10,125 bases of DNA, from positions 1 to 10,125 of the forward strand of contig NW_021827412.1 of assembly GCF_006345805.1 (NCBI RefSeq). Direction: 5' to 3'. Source of the stretch: Octopus sinensis (lineage: Eukaryota). The notes beneath the pieces are model-generated. The model was not told where the DNA came from. It saw only the letters and a list, made by a program, of their open reading frames with translations, and did no database searches. Shown piece by piece: positions 1 to 8,597 of this stretch (positions are counted from its first letter, which is position 1; every line of letters begins with the position of its first letter). The position numbers and the translations under genes were made by a program.

Positions 1-49
1 ACAAACAGTCTTGTCCCGTGATCTACGGCCTTTGTACAGATCAAATATG

Positions 50-107
50 CACCAGCATCGGTTGTCAAGCGATGTTGGGGGTGGTGGGGACAAACACAGA
101 CACACAA

Positions 108-201
<94 letters not shown>

Positions 202-331
202 GTATCTATACATATATATGACGGGCTCCATTCAGTTTCCGTCAACCAAAGCTTTGGTCGGCCCGAGGCTATAGTAGAAGACAGTTGCCCAAGGTGCCAC
301 GCAGTAGGACTGAACCCGGAACCATGTGGTT

Positions 332-336
<5 letters not shown>
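50..336 (-). mobile_element. SINE family A copy A1, truncated at both ends, with internal (CA)n/(TA)n expansion
   Basis: The reverse complement matches copies at 1683-2170 and 6987-7260: B-box-like GGTTCAGTCCT, then GGCACCTTGGGCAA, CTATAGCCTCGGGCCGACCAAAG, GGAAACTGAA, a microsatellite, and GCTTGACAACCGATGCTGGTG. The A-box and 3' tail are missing. Confidence 0.9.
112..194. repeat. (CA)n microsatellite inside SINE A1
   Basis: About 41 uninterrupted AC units. Confidence 0.98.

Positions 337-362
<26 letters not shown>
337..362. repeat. (TA)n microsatellite
   Basis: Direct reading. Confidence 0.95.
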
Positions 363-363
<1 letters not shown>

Positions 364-567
364 CACGAAAGAGAAAGAGAAAATGGAGACATAGGAGTGG
401 GGTGGGGCATTCTAGACATCGTCCGAAGAAAAGACCCTTTCCCAGGGCCTACATTAGCCGCTGCCTCTTGTCCTTCTGCCTCATGCTATTACGCCTTTCG
501 GAGTTCCCGCTCTCCATACGTCTGTCATGCTGCTTTTCGGCAAATAATCGAGATTGTCAACACAAGA

Positions 568-626
568 ACACACACACACACACACACACACACAACACAC
601 ACACACACACACTCGCGAGCGCGCGT
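568..626. repeat. (CA)n microsatellite followed by CG-rich CTCGCGAGCGCGCG
   Basis: Direct reading; a mostly alternating purine-pyrimidine tract. Confidence 0.9.
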
Positions 627-647
627 AGGACAAATATATAGTCTTAC

Positions 648-837
648 ATCTAAGACAGCGCTACTCCTACACATGTTTGGAAATCCTAAACGTCATCCAA
701 ACAGGAAAGTCCCAGACTCCTTATCTTCTGGGCAGTCAACGACCAAGGTGTGCTCTGCTGCATCAGCGCGTATATTCGCAAATCTCAGCAAGTTGTTTTC
801 TTTGTTTTGTTTTTGTGCGGAAGAATTAACCGAAACC
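648..837 (-). other. Putative exon 4 of candidate minus-strand transcript
   Basis: Acceptor ggttttcttttAG|G at 838. The frame 836-693 is open for 47 codons (VSVNSSAQKQNKENNLLRFANIRADAAEHTLVVDCPEDKESGTFLFG*). A possible donor AT|GTAAGA lies at 647-642. No homology recognised. Confidence 0.35.
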
Positions 838-865
838 CTAAAAGAAAACCCTTAAAGTTACATAA

Positions 866-985
866 TATAATGTAATCCTAGATACACTTAGGCTGAAAAT
901 AAAATGTTATGGTCATGGGTGGAGTACCTTTGGTGATAGATTTGCTCGATGAAAGCCGATCCGGCGTTTAAGAAAAAAAAAACAA
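866..985 (+). mobile_element. Degenerate 3' part of a putative fourth repeat family (D)
   Basis: ATAATGTAATCCTAGATACAC...TGGTCATGGGTGGAGTACCTTTG...GCTCGAT followed by an A-rich tail. Resembles an octopus repeat from memory; weak similarity to 2185-2251. Confidence 0.4.
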
Positions 986-1034
986 ATTAAGAAACACATG
1001 CAAGAATTTTAAGTGGGGGAAAAAGGGGTTCGCT

Positions 1035-1125
1035 AAAGGGTGCCCCTACATGGTTGATAGAGAATTTGCATTAGAGATAGCAGCCAAATTCCTCTCAAAT
1101 CACACTTTATCGTAATAGATAATGC
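1035..1125 (+). mobile_element. Degenerate internal fragment of putative family D
   Basis: TAGAGATAGCAGCCAAATTCCTCTCAAATCACAC. A related motif occurs on the minus strand at ~8153-8173. Confidence 0.4.
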
Positions 1126-1282
1126 AGGTGAGATATTAAATAATATACTTCACTGCTTGAGAGAAAATTTACTTGGATGTGACATGGGCCTTTAGAGCGT
1201 AAGAAGTTCAGGGCCAAAACAGCATGTGGGGGTTTCTTCTCTGAAGACACTCTGCTGTTTAGCACTCCCTTGAGTTTCTTAC

Positions 1283-1318
1283 CATCTTGTGTATATTAAT
1301 GTTTGTTTTAATGGATAG
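1283..1318 (-). other. Putative 36-nt exon 3 of candidate minus-strand transcript
   Basis: Acceptor tttttatacatAG| at 1319 and donor AAGATG|GTAAGA at 1282. Length is a multiple of 3. Confidence 0.3.
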
Positions 1319-1417
1319 CTATGTATAAAAACTGTCAACGGTTACTCAATGCATTTTAAGTAAATTACATTTTTTTATTACGAGGAAAAGGTTCACAGGT
1401 AACCTGTGTGTGTGTGA

Positions 1418-1543
1418 GATGGGCTTCCGCACAGTTTTTGTCTGTCAAATTCACTCACAAGGCACTTGTCCGACCGTGGCCGTAGCAGAAAAGAAAATAC
1501 TTGCTCAAGGCACCGAGCTTTGGGAGTGAACCCGAAACCACAT
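1418..1543 (-). mobile_element. SINE family A copy A2, diverged 5' half
   Basis: Reverse complement reads ATGTGGTTTCGGGTTCACTCCC...GTGCCTTGAGCAAGT...GCCTTGTGAGTGAATTTGACAGAC...GAAGCCCATC, colinear with A1 and A3. Confidence 0.8.
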
Positions 1544-1676
1544 ACCTGTGCCTACTGCGCCTACACACACACTCACACATGCACACACAATGCATATACT
1601 ATATATAAAATATATATCTATATCTATAAATATATAAACAGCGTGTATATATATATATATAGAGAGAGAGGGGGAG
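1544..1676. repeat. Degenerate (CA)/(TA)/(GA) simple repeats
   Basis: Direct reading. Confidence 0.8.
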
Positions 1677-1682
1677 GTAGAG

Positions 1683-2170
<488 letters not shown>

Positions 2171-2184
2171 AAATACAAAAAAGA

Positions 2185-2251
2185 CATAGTTACTATCACG
2201 GGTCTCCTAATGAGGACACGCCGAGGGCTAAACAAGAATAACAACAACAAC
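2185..2251 (+). mobile_element. Possible 3' tail fragment of family D ending in (CAA)n
   Basis: ...GAGGGCTAAACAAGAATAACAACAACAAC, a retroposon-like short tandem tail. Confidence 0.35.
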
Positions 2252-2282
2252 GAGAGGTGAGTATGGAAAGGATTGTCAATAG

Positions 2283-2321
2283 TAATAATAATAATAATAA
2301 TAAAATAATAATAATAATAAT
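2283..2321. repeat. (AAT)n microsatellite
   Basis: Direct reading. Confidence 0.95.
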
Positions 2322-2324
2322 ATG

Positions 2325-2492
2325 TATTTCTTTACTACCCACAAGGGGCTAAACACAGAGGGGACAAACAAGGACAGACAAAGGGAGTAAGTCGATTATA
2401 TCGATCCCAGTGCGTAACTGGTACTTAATTTATCGACCCCGAAAGGATGAAAGGCAAAGTCGACCTCGGCGGAATTTGAACTCAGAACATAA
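2325..2492 (-). mobile_element. SINE family B copy B1, 5'-truncated, tail type 1
   Basis: Near-identical to 8600-8767: B-box GAGTTCAAATTCC, core GGTCGACTTTGCCTTTCATCCTTTCGGGGTCGATAAATTAAGTACCAG, tail ...GCCCCTTGTGGGTAGTAAAGAAATA. Confidence 0.95.
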
Positions 2493-2521
2493 AATAATAA
2501 TAATAATAATAATAATAATAT
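2493..2521. repeat. (AAT)n microsatellite
   Basis: Direct reading. Confidence 0.95.
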
Positions 2522-2525
2522 ATAT

Positions 2526-2906
2526 GGAAGCACTCCGTCGGTTACGACGATGAGGGTTCCAGTTGATCCGAATCAACGGAACAGCCTGCTCGTGAAATTA
2601 ACGTGTAAGTGGCTGAGCACTCCACAGACACGTGCACCCTTAACGTAGTTCTCGGGGATATTCAGCGTGACACAGAGAGTGACAAGGCCGGCCCCTTGAA
2701 ATACAGGTACAACAGAAACAGGAAGTAAGAGTGAGAGAAAGTTGTGGTGAAAGAGTACAGCAGGGATCACCACCATCCCCTGCCGGAGCCTCGTGGAGCT
2801 TTAGGTGTTTTCGCTCAATAAACACTCACAACGCCCGGTCTGGGAATCGAAACCGCGATCCTACGACCGTGAGTCCGCTGCCCTAACCACTGGGCCATTG
2901 CACCTC

Positions 2907-2910
<4 letters not shown>
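2526..2910 (-). mobile_element. SINE family C, apparently full length (~385 bp), tRNA-derived head
   Basis: Minus strand starts GTGGAGGTGCAATGGCCCAGTGGTTAGGGCAGCGGAC. The A-box TGGCCCAGTGG (2897-2887) fits TRGCNNARYGG, and a B-box-like GGTTTCGATTCCC lies at 2854-2842. The body is CpG-rich and non-coding, with (AAT)n on both sides. Confidence 0.85.

Positions 2911-2912
<2 letters not shown>

Positions 2913-2991
<79 letters not shown>
2913..2991. repeat. Compound (AAT)n(AAG)n microsatellite
   Basis: Direct reading. Confidence 0.95.
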
Positions 2992-2992
<1 letters not shown>

Positions 2993-3013
2993 AAGCAATC
3001 ATGCTTGACTTAC

Positions 3014-3106
3014 CATGAAGATGAATGTGGCGATGCATTTCGACAGGAACATTTCTGCTGTGGTGCTTTGAAGGACAAAAAACAGAGACTGTTTAGCAGC
3101 TGTTGA
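3014..3106 (-). other. Putative 93-nt exon 2 of candidate minus-strand transcript
   Basis: Strong acceptor ccaccttctttccatgcAG| at 3107 and consensus donor ATG|GTAAGT at 3013-3008. The exon almost exactly fills a unique island between two microsatellites. Two frames are open. Confidence 0.5.
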
Positions 3107-3154
3107 CTGCATGGAAAGAAGGTGGGCTGGAGACTGACGGCAGAACCGGTAGTA

Positions 3155-3233
3155 ACTACCACCACCGCTACTGCTACCGCCGCCGCTGCTACTACCACCG
3201 CTACTACTACTACTGCCGCTACTACTACTACTA

Positions 3234-3287
<54 letters not shown>

Positions 3288-3303
3288 GGCTGCTGCTGCT
3301 ACC
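3155..3303. repeat. Mosaic trinucleotide repeat (ACT/ACC/GCT/GCC)n
   Basis: RCY units in register, with one register break near 3233. Confidence 0.92.
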
Positions 3304-3400
3304 AATAATGATAATGAGGAATTGTTATATAGGCACAAGGATGTAGATATTTCTTTTTTTTCTTTCTTTGTTTTTATTTTTAGATCTTTTTGGATTTTTG

Positions 3401-3512
3401 GTGAGGGGGTGGATGTTTGGATGGGTGGGCGGGTGGATGGCTGGTAGAGTGGATAGCCGGGTAGCTGGGTGACTGGGTAGCTAGAGGTGCGGGGGAGGGT
3501 CGAGGGGAAAGG
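3401..3512 (+). repeat. G-rich degenerate (GGAT/GGGT)-like low-complexity tract
   Basis: Multiple runs of three or more G on the + strand. Confidence 0.7.
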
Positions 3513-3552
3513 ATGCAGACTCTTATATCGGTTTCAGTTCCAGTGCTTAATA

Positions 3553-3602
<50 letters not shown>

Positions 3603-3618
3603 TGATGATGATGATGAT
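3553..3618. repeat. (AAT)16(GAT)6 microsatellite
   Basis: Direct reading. Confidence 0.95.
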
Positions 3619-3662
3619 GGTTTTCTACAACAGGCAAAAGGCCTGAAGAAAAAAATTAATGA

Positions 3663-3853
3663 TTTCAAATTTTGGCACAAGGCCGGCAATTTCGTGGGTG
3701 GGGGTCAGTCGATTACATCAACCCCTGTGCTCAACTGGTTCTTATTTTTTCGAGCCCCACGTAATTTTCGACCTCGTAATTATGGAAGGCAAAGTCGACC
3801 TCAGCGGAATTTGAACTCAGAACGTAAAGACGGCGTGCTAATGTTTCTACCAG
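3663..3853 (-). mobile_element. SINE family B copy B2, tail type 3, with deletion in the head
   Basis: Plus strand GGCAAAGTCGACCTCAGCGGAATTTGAACTCAGAACG matches B1 and B5. The minus-strand tail GGCCTTGTGCCAAAATTTGAAA is shared with B6. Confidence 0.88.
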
Positions 3854-3857
3854 TAAG

Positions 3858-3887
3858 AATAATAATAATGATGATGATGATGATGAT
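3858..3887. repeat. (AAT)4(GAT)6 microsatellite
   Basis: Direct reading. Confidence 0.95.
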
Positions 3888-4010
3888 AGTCGAAAAACAA
3901 AAAAAAAAAGGGGTGGGGCTCTCAAATTTACAGTGAGCGCAGCGTAGGGTCGGGTAGGGGTCAATTACTAATGCATTTTATCAACATTCCCCATCCTACG
4001 TCTCACCGGT

Positions 4011-4055
4011 GGGACGAAAATTAAAATCGACATGGGCGGGATTTGAACTCTGAAC
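4011..4055 (-). mobile_element. Highly diverged family B fragment (B3)
   Basis: AAAATCGACATGGGCGGGATTTGAACTCTGAAC aligns with AAAGTCGACCTCGGCGGAATTTGAACTCAGAAC. Confidence 0.7.
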
Positions 4056-4102
4056 TACTTAATTAGCGTAACACATTTGTCAAACGTGCTGCGCTTGCTA
4101 CT

Positions 4103-4161
4103 GATGATGATGATGATGATGATGATTCTGCCAAGTAGTAGTAGTAGCAGCAGCAGCAGCA
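4103..4161. repeat. (GAT)n and (AGT)n(AGC)n microsatellites
   Basis: Direct reading. Confidence 0.9.
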
Positions 4162-4217
4162 AAGCAGTGCAATTTGTGCATTTGTGTGATAGAATGCAGA
4201 AAACTTCACCAAATACA

Positions 4218-4436
4218 TTCTTATCTACTCTAAGCATAAGGCCCGAAATTTTGAGGGGAGGTGTAGGGGGCAGTCGATTAGATCGACCCCAATTCGTAAC
4301 TGGTACTTAATTTATCGAACATGAAAGGATGAAAAGTAAAGTCGACCTCGGCGGAATTTGATCTCAGAACGCAAAGACAGACGAAATACCGCTTAGCATT
4401 TCGGCCGGCGTGCTAACGTTTCTGCCATCTCTCCAC
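4218..4436 (-). mobile_element. SINE family B copy B4, full length, tail type 2, with 14-bp target-site duplication
   Basis: Head GGTGGAGAGATGGCAGAAACGTTAGCACGCCGG, family B core, tail ...TTTCGGGCCTTATGCTTAGAGTAGATAAGAA. Flanked by CTTCACCAAATACA at 4204-4217 and 4437-4450. Confidence 0.95.
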
Positions 4437-4464
4437 CTTCACCAAATACAATATTAATGATGTT

Positions 4465-4465
<1 letters not shown>

Positions 4466-4512
<47 letters not shown>

Positions 4513-4527
4513 TGCGTGCGTGTGTGT
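4466..4527. repeat. (TG)n microsatellite
   Basis: Direct reading. Confidence 0.95.
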
Positions 4528-4718
4528 CTGATGGGTCCAGTTAGAGTCCGAACTTGCAAGTGATCTTAAATATAGCTCGGTTCGACTCTCTGACACTCAG
4601 ATTTTGCTAACTGCACAAAATGCAATCTGTATGATTTGAAGAAGGGCAACGGTATTAATCGATTGTAGAAAAAAAAATCAATATCTGAAGTACCTGTGAT
4701 GATCAGTATGCGTATGTT

Positions 4719-4867
4719 TGTGTGTGTGTGTGTGTGTGTATGTATATGTGTATATGTATGTATGTATTATGTATGTATGTATGTATGTATGTATGTATGT
4801 ATGTATGTATCTATCTATCTATCAATATATATATGTATGTATATATGTGTCTGTGTATGTGTATATA

Positions 4868-4909
<42 letters not shown>

Positions 4910-4941
4910 CACATATACATATATACATATATATATATATA
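4719..4941. repeat. Compound (TG)/(TATG)/(TA) microsatellite
   Basis: Direct reading; source of the YV/CM/YI-rich pseudo-ORFs. Confidence 0.95.
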
Positions 4942-5473
4942 CTTTATCATTATTAATGTTATACAAACATAACAAAAACATCACAAAATATGTAGGTATT
5001 TATGTGTTCATATACACATATGTATATTGAGCACTCGTGTGAGAATTGAACTCGCGAAGTAATGATTTGGTTGTTTTTGTTTTTGTAGGTTTTTTTTCTA
5101 TTTCTCGACTTTAATTTCGTATTTTTTAATGTGTTTTTTTGTATGCTGGAATTTTGTTTTTTTTTATATTTGTATATTACTTTTTCTCTTACATTTTTTT
5201 TTGGTAATATTTTTTTCTCTTCTGAAAAATAATCAAAAAATAATAATCTGTCAAAGACTTCAAAGCTCGAAGAATATCGATGAAATAATGTATTGGGATA
5301 TCGTACCAAGGAATCGGTGGTTTCTTGTACTTGCAGAGTCTGTCTTGGAACTTTTCTGAAGTTCTCCTGCTTCCAACAGGAGAGGTTAATCGCCAAAGGT
5401 TAAGAATTTGCAAAAGCGGGAGCCGTGAAGATCAGGTCCGACTTTAACATTCTCGCGAAGAAGCCTACCCTTT

Positions 5474-5678
5474 ATATGCATGCATGCATGTATGCATGTA
5501 TGTTTGTATGTTTGTGTGTATGTATGTATGTGTGTGTATGTATGTATGTATGTATGTATGTGTCTGTGTATGTATGTATGTATGTATGTATGTATGTATG
5601 TGTCTGTGTATGTATGTATATAAATGCATGTATATATATATATGTATGTATGTATATATATGTATGTATGTGCATATG

Positions 5679-5716
<38 letters not shown>

Positions 5717-5723
5717 TGCATGG

Positions 5724-5799
<76 letters not shown>

Positions 5800-5950
5800 G
5801 AGAGAGAGAGAGTAGAGAGAGAGAGATGCATGGATATATATTTATAACACGCACACAACGCATATGTATGTAGTTTGCATGTATATGTGAGTGTACGTAT
5901 AATATATAATATATATATGTATGTATGTATATACATATAGATATATATAT
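5474..5950. repeat. Compound (TATG)/(TA)/(CA)/(GA) microsatellite block
   Basis: Direct reading. Includes a 40-bp higher-order period (TGTCTGTGTA at 5561 and 5601). Confidence 0.95.
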
Positions 5951-6099
5951 GCGCGTAAGCATGTGTTTATCGTCCCCACAACCACCACACAAATCTCTTA
6001 CAAACCTACATGCGCAGACATACCTACCCCCCCCCAACACACACACACATCTGCATTTTTTTCTTTCGGTGCACGTAAGTTTTCAATTAAATTATAAAT

Positions 6100-6358
6100 G
6101 CATGTATGTGAGCACACACCAATATACACACATACATACCTATACACATTTATTACACAACCACACACATACATATATATATATATACATATACACACAC
6201 ACATACGTACATACATATATATATATATATATATATTATACATACATACAAACATATATATATATATAACACACATATATATATACATACATATATATAT
6301 ATGCATTTATATATACATATATAATATATACATATATATATTATATATACACTATATA

Positions 6359-6422
<64 letters not shown>

Positions 6423-6520
6423 TGAATATGTGAATAATTTACATAAATACACAAACGTATATACGTATACATACATATATGTATACATACGCATATTATG
6501 GTGTGTGTGTGTTGTGTGTA
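6100..6520. repeat. Degenerate (CATA)/(TA)/(TG) microsatellite block
   Basis: Direct reading. Confidence 0.93.
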
Positions 6521-6609
6521 CGTAAGATGTGTATATGAACTTACTACGCTATCCTACACAGCAGTACACCCACTACAAATCTCTACTACGTAAAGTCACA
6601 TTTTCTGAA

Positions 6610-6668
6610 TCACATGTAAAATCAACCAATCAGAGGAGACCAACGAATGCCGTTGGAGGGGAATTTCC
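6610..6668. promoter_or_regulatory. Candidate promoter/enhancer island: E-box, CCAAT box and NF-kB-like site
   Basis: CACATG at 6611-6616. AACCAATCAG at 6624-6633 fits the extended NF-Y consensus. GGGAATTTCC at 6659-6668 is a perfect GGGRNNYYCC. All lie in a ~150-bp unique island between microsatellites. Confidence 0.4.
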
Positions 6669-6689
6669 TAAGTCTGTCCCACTCCCTCA

Positions 6690-6986
6690 ATGTGTGTGTA
6701 TGTGTGTCTGTGTGTGTGTGTGTGTGTGGTGTGTGTCTCTCTCTCTCTCTGTCTTTCTGTGTCTCTCTTTCTCTCTCTCTCCCTTTCCCTTTCATTTTTT
6801 CTTCTTCTTCTGCTCACCCACAAACAAACGCCTGGAGGTTTACGTTATATCATTATATAATAAATGTGCGTGTGTATGTGTGTATGTGTTTTCGTGTATG
6901 TATGTAGGTATCTATATCTATATACATATGTGTGTGTGTGTGTCTGTGTGTGTGTGCACACAGGAATCTGTATGTTTATATATATA
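6690..6986. repeat. (TG)/(TC)/(TA) compound low-complexity block
   Basis: Direct reading. Confidence 0.88.
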
Positions 6987-7260
6987 GGAGTGGCTGCGTG
7001 GTAAGAAGCTTGCTTCCCGACTACAAGGTTCCGGGTTCAGTCCCACTGCGTGGCACCCGGAGCAAGTGTCTTCTGCTATAGATTGGCAACCGATGTTGGT
7101 GTGTTTACATTCCCGTCACGTAGCGGTTCGGCAAAAGAGACCGATACAATAAGTACTAGGCTTACAAAGAATAAGTCCTGGGGTCGATTTGTTCGACTAA
7201 AGGTGGTGCTCCAGCATGGCCGCAGTCAAATGACTGAAACAAGTAAAAGAATAAAAGAAT
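6987..7260 (+). mobile_element. SINE family A copy A4, intact head and tail, lacking the central microsatellite-bearing module
   Basis: A-box-like TGGCTGCGTGG at 6991-7001 and B-box-like GGTTCAGTCCC at 7034-7044. Tail ...CAGCATGGCCGCAGTCAAATGACTGAAACAAGTAAAAGAATAAAAGAAT. (TA)n on both sides. Confidence 0.95.
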
Positions 7261-7372
7261 ATATATATATATATATATATGTATGTGTATATATGTATAT
7301 ATGTGTGTGTGTATGTGTGTATATGAATATATATGTGTGTGTGTATGTATGTCTGTGTGTGTGTGTGTATGT
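7261..7372. repeat. (TA)/(TG) microsatellite
   Basis: Direct reading. Confidence 0.93.
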
Positions 7373-7742
7373 TTGTTTTGCACGATATAACCACCGTGCA
7401 GCGTTTCTCCTTGCACGGTCTCAGTTCCCCACCCCCACTCCCTGCTGTTCCTGTCTGTGTGTTCATGTCTCTCTTGGCTACCCCCTATCATCCCCTCACC
7501 CCCTCTCTTCCCCCTTCGACTACCCCGTTTCCCTCACACCCATGCATATAGACAAACACTCTCTAAATTTATCTTTATACCCCCCACCTGCGTCACCACC
7601 ACGCCCAATCTCCCACATGACTGTTCTCTTTTTTTCAACCCCCACCGCCTCACATTTTCTCTCTTTCTCTCTTCTCTCTCTTTTTTCTTTATATTTCGTT
7701 TTACTTTTATTTTTATCATTTCATTTACATTCTTTCATTCTG

Positions 7743-7826
7743 TTATTCCTTTACTTGTTTCAGTCATTTTTGACTGCGACCATGTTGGGGCATTGCCTTG
7801 AAGGGCTTTTAAGTCGAATAAACCGA
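7743..7826 (-). mobile_element. SINE family A 3' tail fragment (A5)
   Basis: TTTACTTGTTTCAGTCATTTTTGACTGCGACCATGTTGGGGCATTGCCTT is the reverse complement of the A4 tail. Confidence 0.88.
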
Positions 7827-8152
7827 AGACTGGATCTAGATGGTTTGGCCGCCAGCATTTCAAAAATTAAAGTTTATCGAAAATTTTAAAATTTGGCACA
7901 TTAATATACTTTTCCCAGCTGAATTGCTGGAGTTATTTAACTTTTTCCAGAAAAATGTTTTAAAGAATTATCGAGGTTTAAAATTTGATTATTTGCACCC
8001 AGTCAGGCAACAGGATTTGGAAGCTGTAATTTTCTGGGTGATTGCACATTTTGTTAACATCCTGAAAATAACACCTGTTTTCAATATTTGTAAACAACAC
8101 GTGTTTTGTAGTTTGAAGTATTCAATGTGCTTTTAATGCATTTAAAACGTTA

Positions 8153-8190
8153 TTTAGCTGTTATTTTTAGCAGACCTCACAACTACCTCA
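8153..8190 (-). mobile_element. Possible short family D fragment
   Basis: Minus strand CTGCTAAAAATAACAGCTAAAT resembles TAGAGATAGCAGCCAAAT at ~1072-1089. Confidence 0.25.
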
Positions 8191-8597
8191 GTGACAAAAA
8201 GAAACGAGTAAACAAACATTTTTAAGCATTCAATATACATTTAATACAAATGCGATAACACGTTACATGCGATAAACACATTATAATTTTTTCTCCACAA
8301 ATGATTTCAATTCAGTTTTTACAGAAAGATTAGGAAGAATTAGATGAAAGTTCTCCGGCAAAATCTTATAAAATGACAATGTTCTGAAAGATGTAAATGT
8401 TTGTATGTTATATATGAAAATAAAAGAGTGAACAAAATATGCTTAAAAAGTAAACATTTAAGTATGCAATAAGCAACACATTACAAAATATTTTTAAAAT
8501 TAAAAACGCAAGTTAGGAATACATTTAATCAATTTCTCAAACAAATCACAATTTTCGGATCTCCTGCACCGCATAAATTCACAGAGATATGAATCAA

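Noticed and set aside
361-855. 164-aa plus-strand ORF
   Set aside because: It crosses a (CA)n tract, has no recognisable domain, and its 3' part lies antisense to the putative minus-strand exon.
1173-1285. Alternative minus-strand exon reading DGKKLKGVLNSRVSSEKKPPHAVLALNFLRSKGPCHIQ with donor CAA|GTAAAT
   Set aside because: It needs a poor AAG acceptor with no pyrimidine tract, and splicing to 837 gives an almost immediate stop. An extended 1318-1173 non-coding form cannot be excluded.
2835-2910. tRNA gene
   Set aside because: A and B boxes are present, but I see no convincing acceptor stem and the sequence continues into a SINE body. The same applies to the heads at 6987 and 8832.
3122-3346. 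Thr/Ala-rich frame resembling antifreeze glycoprotein or mucin
   Set aside because: No regular Thr-Ala-Ala period, a register break near 3233 and no signal peptide; microsatellite origin is sufficient.
4959-5396. 145-aa Lys-rich minus-strand ORF
   Set aside because: Non-ATG start; the Lys/Asn richness reflects the A-rich low-complexity strand.
7050-7889. 279-aa ORF
   Set aside because: GTG start; runs through SINE A4, microsatellite, a pyrimidine-rich tract and A5.
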